Assembly (NCBI GenBank): GCA_045863235.1
Contig: BTUM01000040.1
Location: forward strand, 1 to 64,000
Length of the DNA stretch: 64,000 nt
From: Candidatus Xenobia bacterium
Lineage (GTDB): Bacteria > Vulcanimicrobiota > Xenobia > Xenobiales > QWHO01
Direction of reading: 5' to 3'
The translations under genes and the position numbers were made by a program. The number at the start of each line of letters is the position of its first letter. Positions within the stretch are counted from its first letter, which is position 1. This document shows positions 8,360 to 15,035 of the stretch, piece after piece. The notes beneath the pieces are model-generated. The model searched no databases and was not told the origin of the DNA. It saw nothing but the letters and a program-made list of their open reading frames with translations.

Positions 8360-9920
8360 TGGCAGCTCCCGGACACTCGCGCTCGAGGCTCCCGCTCGCC
8401 TCGGGAGGAGCTTCGAGCGCGCGGACCTCGCCGCGAAATTGCTCCACGGCCTGGACGATCTGCCTCTCCTGGGCGGCCGAGAAGCCGGCCAGGCGGACCC
8501 GGCGGCGGTCGACCCGGGCCTGCAGCTCGGCCTCCCGCTCGTGATAGAAGCGCTGCTCGAGCCACTTGGGGCCCTCGCGGTGGCTGCAGTCGCGCTCGGG
8601 GCAGGTCAGCACCATCACCCCGCCGGCACCGTGGCGCAGCAGGTGCTCCACCACCGAAGTGTGGAGCGAGCCGCCGCAGCCGGTCTCGTGCACGATGACG
8701 CCCTCCAACTGAGCGAGCTGGGCGACTTCCCCCGGCCCGTAGCGACAGGCCAGCACCACCACCTGGTCGGCGCTCGGCTTGATGGCCTCGATCTCGCGCA
8801 GCTGGTCGCGGCCGGTCCGCAGGGCCGGCCCCACCCCCATCGGGGCGCAGGACCCGGCGCAGATGCCGCAGCTCACGCAGACATCGGGATTGACCCGGGC
8901 CACCAGCTCGGACAGCTTGGAAGGCTCGCTGCGGGGAACCATGCTGATGGCCTGGTAAGGGCAGTCCTGAAAGCACGTGGTACAGCCGGTGCAAAGTCGC
9001 TCATCCACCACTGAGGGGGCCGGACGCACCCGCGGCTTCCACCACAGCGGCACCGAGGCCAGGGCCAGGCTGAGAGCGCCCAGCGCCAGGGTCGCCCCCA
9101 GCGGGCCCAGACCGGCCACCAGGGGCAGCCAGAAGCCGTAGAAGAGGTCGACGTAGACCCGGCCCGGGATGGCCCGCAGATCGGCCTCGGGGAGATAGGC
9201 GACGGGCATGGCCACCGACAGGGCCAGCATGGCCCCCAGCAGCAGGCGGGTCAGGGGAGCGGGCGGGAAGTAGGTCGGGCGAGCCACCCGCGAGACGTGG
9301 ACCCAGAACAGGAAGGCTCCCCCCAGTGGGGCGGCCACGTGCAAGAACATGACCATGAAGAAGAACGAGCCCGGCACCGTGCTGTTATCGCTGAAGAGCC
9401 GGCCCAGCGGCTCGGACAGGACGGGCAAGAGGTCCAGCGTGCGCACCCCCTGCACGGCCAGCAGCTGGGCCTGGGTATCCCACACCATCACCAGGCCGGT
9501 GATGCCCACGAAGATCACCGTGGCGGTAAGCACCAGCCCGCTCACCCAGGCCAGCGCCCGGGTGCCCCAGGTGCGCCCGCTCATCAGCATCTTGACGGCG
9601 TGGGCCAGGATGGCCACCAGCGCGATGTCGCTCGAGTAGCGGTGCAGAGCGCGAATCCAGCGACCGAGAAAGACCTGTCCCTGCAGCCCCTGGACCGACT
9701 CGTAGGGCGCTCCCACCCGGTAGAAAAAGAGCAAATAGAGCCCGGTGACCAGCGCTACGGCGAGGCAGAGCAACGCTACCGTTCCGCTCTGGTAGAGGGG
9801 ATTGAGCCTGGCGCCGTAGATCCACAGGTAGAAGCGGTCGATGGGGCGCAACCATCGCGTCAGGGGAGCGGCCAGCGGGGGGCGGTTGTCAGGACCTGTT
9901 TGGGCTACCTCTTGCCACAT
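8346..9920 (-). CDS. Cytochrome b (b6-like) - 2x[4Fe-4S] ferredoxin - MvhD/FlpD-like [2Fe-2S] fusion protein
   Basis: Heme-b His pairs (IRALHRYSSD...LAHAVK; FLHVAAP...WVHVSR); CTGCTTCFQDCP and CVSCGICAGSCAP; LACRYG...GCGGS...LTCPERDC; start ATG 9920 overlaps SCO stop. Confidence 0.85.
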   Translation of the reverse strand: MWQEVAQTGPDNRPPLAAPLTRWLRPIDRFYLWIYGARLNPLYQSGTVALLCLAVALVTGLYLLFFYRVGAPYESVQGLQGQVFLGRWIRALHRYSSDIALVAILAHAVKMLMSGRTWGTRALAWVSGLVLTATVIFVGITGLVMVWDTQAQLLAVQGVRTLDLLPVLSEPLGRLFSDNSTVPGSFFFMVMFLHVAAPLGGAFLFWVHVSRVARPTYFPPAPLTRLLLGAMLALSVAMPVAYLPEADLRAIPGRVYVDLFYGFWLPLVAGLGPLGATLALGALSLALASVPLWWKPRVRPAPSVVDERLCTGCTTCFQDCPYQAISMVPRSEPSKLSELVARVNPDVCVSCGICAGSCAPMGVGPALRTGRDQLREIEAIKPSADQVVVLACRYGPGEVAQLAQLEGVIVHETGCGGSLHTSVVEHLLRHGAGGVMVLTCPERDCSHREGPKWLEQRFYHEREAELQARVDRRRVRLAGFSAAQERQIVQAVEQFRGEVRALEAPPEASGSLERECPGAASATP

Positions 9921-10753
9921 GCGCGGGCGATCGCCTCCTCGATCCAGGCCGGGCTCGGGCTCAGCATGGTGTAGGCCACCCGACCTTCCGGGTCGACGAC
10001 GTAGACCAGGGCCGGATGGGTGATCTCCCCCGTATTGAGGTCGCGCTGCACGGGAATCTCGAGCGCGCGGGTGAGTCGATCCACCTCTTCGACCTGGCCC
10101 GAGAGCACCAGGGTGCCTTCGGGGAGATCCCACTGGCGCGAAAGGTCGGGCAGTGAGCCGCAGGTATCGCGCCAGGGATCCAGCGTCACCACCACGCGCT
10201 GCACGTCGCCCCGCACCTGGCGCAGGGTGGCGATCAGGGCCGGGCAGACGGTGGTGCAGTGGGCGTAGGCGAAGGTCAGCAGCACCGGCCTGCCGGCCAG
10301 CAGCTGGGGGGTGACCACCCGGGCGTGCTGGTCGAGCAGCCGGAACCCCGGCATGGGCTTATCCCCTCGCGGGTACCCTTCCGGCAGGCTCCCCTCGGGC
10401 ATGGGCTGACCCAGCGCGAAGACGGTCTGGTCGCGCCAGGCCTGCTCCACGCGCCGGGCCGTCCAGGCCAGCCCCAGCAAGGGCAGGGCCAGCAGCAGAA
10501 TGATCACGCGCTGGCGCTGAGCGCGCAACTCGTGCCCGTAGAGCACCAGCAGGGCGATGAGCATGGGCAGCGGAGCCGCCATGGTCAGCCACCCGGCCCC
10601 ATCCGGCAGGCCGTTGGGCAGGGTTCCGAAGCAGACCTGGCGGGTGCGCAGCAACCAGTCGGGCGCCGAGCTCGGGAGCGGGGCCAGGGCCAGGGCGAAC
10701 CAGCTGGCGGTGCTGGTCAGCCACAGGCCGTAGGCAACCAGGCCCGGCCGCAC
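9905..10753 (-). CDS. SCO1/SenC copper chaperone with N-terminal membrane extension
   Basis: FAYAHCTTVCP (CxxxC), TLDPWRDT, ITHPALVYVVDPEG. Confidence 0.9.
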   Translation of the reverse strand: MRPGLVAYGLWLTSTASWFALALAPLPSSAPDWLLRTRQVCFGTLPNGLPDGAGWLTMAAPLPMLIALLVLYGHELRAQRQRVIILLLALPLLGLAWTARRVEQAWRDQTVFALGQPMPEGSLPEGYPRGDKPMPGFRLLDQHARVVTPQLLAGRPVLLTFAYAHCTTVCPALIATLRQVRGDVQRVVVTLDPWRDTCGSLPDLSRQWDLPEGTLVLSGQVEEVDRLTRALEIPVQRDLNTGEITHPALVYVVDPEGRVAYTMLSPSPAWIEEAIARACGKR

Positions 10754-12454
10754 TCAGCCCACCTTCCAGATGAGTGAGAGCAGCTTCCAGTTGGCGAAGT
10801 AATAGACCACGAAGGCGGCGAAGAAGACGAACACCAGCACCATCGTGCCCGGACACCCCTTCGAGTGGGCAGCCTCGGCCTCTTCCGGGCTGTAGGACTG
10901 GGGCGGCAGGTGGGAGATTCCCTGGGGAATGCCCGGGCCGCCTTCCTTGAGCTCGGAGTCACTCAGCGGGCGGCCGAGCAGGCTGAGCACGGCCACAGCC
11001 ACGTAGATCAGGCCGCCCAGGGCAGCCAGGATGCCCCCGATCCCCACCAGGGCCATGAACAGGTCCACGATGGGCGGGAACTCGATAGAGAAGGGGGCGT
11101 TGGTGAAGGAGATGTCCCAGTGGCGACGAGGCACCCCGAAGCCGCCGGCATAGGTCATCCCGATGGCCATCAGCGAGATGCCGATGCCAAAGAGGAAGGG
11201 CTGGATGCGGGCCAGCGGCCAGAGGGCCACCCGACGCCGGAAGATGAGCGGGATCACGTAGTAGGTGACGCCCATGAAGCAGAGCGCCGTGCCGGCCACC
11301 ACGGTCATGTGGAAGTGGCCCGGAATGCGCAGGGTGTTGTGGGCGATGATGTTGATCTGCTCGGTGCCGATCACCACGCCGGTGATGCCGCCCCCGAAGC
11401 CGAAGATGACCAGCGAGAGCCAGAGGGAAGAAAAGCCGGGGTCGAACCAGGGAGCCCGGGTGAGCCACTGGAACAGGCCCTGGTTGAAGCCGCGCAGGCG
11501 CATTCCGGCTTCGATGCCTCCCGGCACGGTGAAGCCGTGGATCATGCTGGCCAGCACGGCCAGGTACATCGCGTAGCTGGTGTTCCAGATCTTCCAGGGG
11601 GCGCTCAGCCCCGGGTCGACGAGCAGGTGGTGGGCCGAGGCCATCGAGATGAAGAGCACGTAGAGCACGTAGGCGGTGCGGCTGACCTTCTCGTTGAGCA
11701 CCACGCCGCCCACGGTCAGACCCGCCAGGAGGTACCAGCAGGCCACGTGGGCAGCCACATTGATCTGCTGGGAGGAGTGCCCGAGGCCCCACCAGACCAT
11801 GCGGTACATCTCGGCGTCCAGGGGCATCAGGCCGAGCGACCAGAGGAACGTGGGGATGTAGATGACGGCGCCGTGCAGCAGGGTGATCACGGCGATCACG
11901 GCCGCCGTCAGGGCTCCGAAGGTGACCAGAGGCACCGAGCCTTTGTAGGTCTTCTCGCGTCTGGCCACCACCAGGGCCGCGAAGAAGAGGGCGGTGACCA
12001 CCAGCGCCCCGACCGCGAAGAAGATGATGCCGAGGTAGTAGCCCGGATGGGCTTTCATGGGAACGTAGGAGGTGAACAGGACGTCTGCCTTGCCGGTCCA
12101 CACGTAGAAGTTGACCATCAGGGCACCGAGCAGCATCAGAGCAAAAGAGCCCCAGCCCAGCTTGGGAGCGGGCACCCGACAGTTGAGCATGATCGGTCCG
12201 GCAAAGTAGAGGACCGCCATCTCGAAGAAGATGATGAAGAAGATCAGCATGTTCAGGCCGTGGGCCGTGAGCACGCGGTAGTACCAGGGGGCGGTCAGAA
12301 GGTGCACCGCCTGCCAGCGGGTCAGCACCAGCAGGAGAGCGGCGATGACGCCCACCAGGAAGAAGACGATGGCGGTGACGGCGTTGACTCGCACCAACCA
12401 TTCGGCCTGACGGTCGATCTTCAGGCCCAGGACCGGGCAGGTTCTTGACGTCAC
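10754..12454 (-). CDS. Heme-copper oxidase superfamily subunit I, B-family-derived; probable eNOR nitric oxide reductase
   Basis: Polytopic membrane protein; AHGLNM, SAHHLL, PGHFHM; active-site helix WWGLGHSSQQIN has Gln where O2 reductases have the cross-linked Tyr (HPxVY). Confidence 0.85.
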   Translation of the reverse strand: MTSRTCPVLGLKIDRQAEWLVRVNAVTAIVFFLVGVIAALLLVLTRWQAVHLLTAPWYYRVLTAHGLNMLIFFIIFFEMAVLYFAGPIMLNCRVPAPKLGWGSFALMLLGALMVNFYVWTGKADVLFTSYVPMKAHPGYYLGIIFFAVGALVVTALFFAALVVARREKTYKGSVPLVTFGALTAAVIAVITLLHGAVIYIPTFLWSLGLMPLDAEMYRMVWWGLGHSSQQINVAAHVACWYLLAGLTVGGVVLNEKVSRTAYVLYVLFISMASAHHLLVDPGLSAPWKIWNTSYAMYLAVLASMIHGFTVPGGIEAGMRLRGFNQGLFQWLTRAPWFDPGFSSLWLSLVIFGFGGGITGVVIGTEQINIIAHNTLRIPGHFHMTVVAGTALCFMGVTYYVIPLIFRRRVALWPLARIQPFLFGIGISLMAIGMTYAGGFGVPRRHWDISFTNAPFSIEFPPIVDLFMALVGIGGILAALGGLIYVAVAVLSLLGRPLSDSELKEGGPGIPQGISHLPPQSYSPEEAEAAHSKGCPGTMVLVFVFFAAFVVYYFANWKLLSLIWKVG

Positions 12455-13017
12455 GGCTCCACGACCTCCACTTTCCCCACCATCATGTGGTGACCGATGC
12501 CGCAGAACTCGTTGCAGATGATGCGGAAATCCCCGGTCTGGTTGGGCGTCATCTTCAGGTTGTAGTCATAGCCAGGCACCACCTGGAGGTTCAGGTTCAG
12601 CGGATAGAGGCTGAAACCGTGATTGAGGTCCACCGAGGAGAGGTGCATGCTGTAGGTGGCCCCCTTCTGCAGGCGCAGCACCGGTGACCAGGTCCACATC
12701 GAGGCCTGGATGTAGACCTCCGCCCCGGGAGGCGGGGCCACCACGGGGATGTTCTTCTCCATCAGGGGCTGGCCGTCGACCATCACCTGGTAGTCTTTCA
12801 CAAAGCGCTGGTGGCGCTCGCGAAAGGCCTGGGCGTCCACCTTGCTGCGCACGCCCGAGCTGGGGTTCTGACCGCCCTTGAAGTGCCACAGAGGCATCAT
12901 GGCAAACAGGATCATGCACCAGAAGAACGAGATCGTGACCCAGGTCTTCTCCTGCTTGCCGACAGGCTCCCACCAGTTGCCCTCGGGGGAGACGAGGCCT
13001 GAATGCATCCCCTTCAT
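12451..13017 (-). CDS. CuA-containing subunit II
   Basis: One TM helix; DLNHGF ... CNEFCGIGHHMM CuA ligands; ATG 13017 overlaps upstream TGA. Confidence 0.92.
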   Translation of the reverse strand: MKGMHSGLVSPEGNWWEPVGKQEKTWVTISFFWCMILFAMMPLWHFKGGQNPSSGVRSKVDAQAFRERHQRFVKDYQVMVDGQPLMEKNIPVVAPPPGAEVYIQASMWTWSPVLRLQKGATYSMHLSSVDLNHGFSLYPLNLNLQVVPGYDYNLKMTPNQTGDFRIICNEFCGIGHHMMVGKVEVVEP

Positions 13018-13175
13018 GGCAGCGTGCTCTGGGGCAGCGTCATGAGCTCGTAGGCGCCCCAACCGGTGTAGAAGACGAACATCACCACCAGCCCCGCCCC
13101 CAGGAGCAAGAACGGGTTGTCATAAAGCTTTTGAAGCCAGTGAACCGGTTCATTCTCGGTGTCGGTGTCGGCCAC
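13014..13175 (-). CDS. 53-aa single-TM subunit (subunit IIa/III-like), below the ORF-track cutoff
   Basis: GTG start with GGGAG RBS; MADTDTENEPVHWLQKLYDNPFLLLGAGLVVMFVFYTGWGAYELMTLPQSTLP; ATGA coupling to subunit II. Confidence 0.85.
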   Translation of the reverse strand: MADTDTENEPVHWLQKLYDNPFLLLGAGLVVMFVFYTGWGAYELMTLPQSTLP

Positions 13176-13204
13176 TTGGAGTCTCCCTTCATGGTTTAAT
13201 CGTC

Positions 13205-13246
13205 AGTATAAAGGCCCCGGCGAGGCTGAAACATGATCTAGATCAA
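13205..13246 (-). promoter_or_regulatory. Class II FNR/DNR/NnrR-type promoter of the eNOR operon
   Basis: TTGAT-CTAG-ATCAT at 13246-13233; -10 TATACT at 13210-13205; box centre at -41.5 if the hexamer is -12..-7. Confidence 0.85.
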
Positions 13247-13271
13247 CTCGCCGGGGCCAACCGCTCGATCA

Positions 13272-13392
13272 GAGTGAAGTGCCGAAGGTTTTACAGTCAT
13301 TGTCGACCGCTCCTATCGTCGCTGATTTTGCGCCGACAGACTTGGATGGAGGCGCCCCGAAGGACAGGCAAAACCTTCAGCACGTAACGCTC
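13272..13392. repeat. About 120 bp imperfect inverted-repeat element (MITE- or long-hairpin-like)
   Basis: GTGCCGAAGGTTTT (13279-13292) pairs with AAAACCTTCAGCAC (13370-13383), 13/14 match; further internal pairing. Confidence 0.6.
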
Positions 13393-13398
13393 AACACA

Positions 13399-14471
13399 TT
13401 ACTTCACCGACTCGTAGATGAGCTTCTTCTCGGGTCCCTCGACCTTCAGCTGGCCCACGCAGCCCTTGGCCAACCGGTAGATGGCGTGGTCGACCAGGGT
13501 GTAGCTGCCGGGCACGTCGAGCTTGAACTCCACCACGCACGAGCCGCCGGGCGGCACCAGGGTCGTCTGGACGTTGCGCTGGGGCTCGCCGGTAGAGCCC
13601 TGGTCGTAGCAGTTGTCGAAGATCTCCCCGATGACGTGGAAGCTGGAGGTCAGATTGGGACCGCCCACGCCGAAGAAGATGCGCACGGTCTCGCCCACGT
13701 TGGCCTTGAGGGCCCCGTCGCCGAGCAGGGCGCCGACGCGACCGTTGAAGACCACGTAGGTAGGCTCCTCGTTCAAGCCCTTCTCGTTGTCAAAGTGCGT
13801 CATGCCCTCGTATCCGAACGGCTCTTTGGTGTAGAAGTCCGACTGGACGACGTAGAACTCGCGGTCGACCTTCTTGAGGCCAGCTTCCGGCTCGACCAGG
13901 ATCAGGCCGTACATCCCGTTGGCCACGTGCTCGGGCACGGGTGGCACGGCGCAGTGGTAGATGTACAGGCCGGGGTTGAGCATCGCCAGCCGGGCGACCT
14001 TAGATTGCCCGGGCGGAGCGGTGGTGATGAAGGCCCCGCCTCCCGTGCCGGTGGCGGCGTGGAAGTCCACGTTATGGGGCATGGTGCTGTCCTTGGGGTT
14101 GGTCAGCGTCACCTCGAGGACGTCGCCCTGGCGCACCCGGATCATGGGGCCGGGAACCGTGCCGTTGAAGGTCCAGAAGCGATACATCGTGTCCTTCTTG
14201 ACACCGGTCGCCATGACTCCGTCGACCTCTTTGGTCTCCAGGGTGAGCTTGACCAGGGCTCTCTCCTTGCGGGTGATCGGTGGAGGCACCGCCGGGGCCG
14301 TGGTCATCACCGCTTCCTCGGTGAGGGCCGGCAGGCTGTTGGGTAACCCCGGCAAGCCGCCGGTGGTCTGGCCCGGGGTGGTCGGGGTGACCGGGGGCCC
14401 GGCCGGGGTCTGGCAGCCCACCAGCGCCAGGCAACCAACCATCAGGCTCAGAGCAAAATCTTCTTCATCAT
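13399..14471 (-). CDS. nirK: Copper-containing nitrite reductase (AniA-like lipoprotein); signal peptide disrupted by an apparent 1-nt deletion near 14455-14458
   Basis: PHNVDFHA, YIYHCAVPPVPEHVANGMYG, SSFHVIG, YTLVDH; intact ORF 13399-14442; MMKKI start at 14471 is one base out of frame. Confidence 0.93.
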
Positions 14472-14472
14472 T

Positions 14473-14796
14473 TCATTTCCCTCCCTGGATACTCTTGGCC
14501 TGGCGCCTTACACGCTGGCCTTCTTCTGGATCGATCTTGTCGAGCTCGATGAGGATCTTGTCTCCGATGTTGGCCCAGAGCTCGCGTCCGGTGGGCTCAA
14601 CCTCGCCGTTGAGGTAGGTCAGAATCTGGCGAGCCTGCTCGGGAGTGAGACGGGCGCAATACCCACAGCATGGCTCGCGATACATCAGCACCTTGATGGC
14701 GGCGACCACCTTGTCTTCATTGAATGCCTGCTCGGCCAGGGCCACGGTCGAGAGCATCGCCACTGCCACCAGGAGCAAGAACAACTGTTTTTTCAT
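14473..14796 (-). CDS. Small secreted protein with CCGYC motif (putative metal binding)
   Basis: Signal peptide MKKQLFLLLVAVAMLSTVALA; AGGAGG RBS; YREPCCGYCARL. Confidence 0.75.
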   Translation of the reverse strand: MKKQLFLLLVAVAMLSTVALAEQAFNEDKVVAAIKVLMYREPCCGYCARLTPEQARQILTYLNGEVEPTGRELWANIGDKILIELDKIDPEEGQRVRRQAKSIQGGK

Positions 14797-14814
14797 GGGG
14801 CACCTCCTGGCCCC

Positions 14815-14856
14815 AGGCTATTGCATCCAGGAGGTTTAGGGATTGATCCAGGTCAA
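14815..14856 (-). promoter_or_regulatory. Class II FNR-type promoter of the nirK unit
   Basis: TTGAC-CTGG-ATCAA at 14856-14843; -10 TAGCCT at 14820-14815; same spacing as the 13205-13246 promoter. Confidence 0.8.
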
Positions 14857-15035
14857 GCGGGAGAAAGAAATAACTTCACCGTCCTTCAGGACGTCCGGGT
14901 GACAGGACACGAGCGCGGAGTCACGTGTCCCGGGTACGCTCCACGCATGGCCGGGGGACCGGAAGGTGACCCACCATTTTTGGGCCTCTGTTCGAAAGGA
15001 ATTCAACACCCGGGGGGAGGAAAATTCTTCCTACC

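Noticed and set aside
10754..12454. Annotation as ba3/aa3 cytochrome c oxidase (O2 reductase)
   Set aside because: The catalytic Tyr is replaced by Gln, and the nirK/FNR context favours NO reduction
13272..13392. Integron attC site, SRP RNA or 6S RNA
   Set aside because: The RYYYAAC/GTTRRRY ends are not in attC order, there is no integrase, the SRP GGAA-loop motif is absent, and it is short for 6S
13279..14346. Long antisense ORFs (also 1747-3486, 3654-5960, 27983-30154, 38603-40729 and others)
   Set aside because: Shadow ORFs of high-GC genes; the opposite strand carries the recognisable motifs
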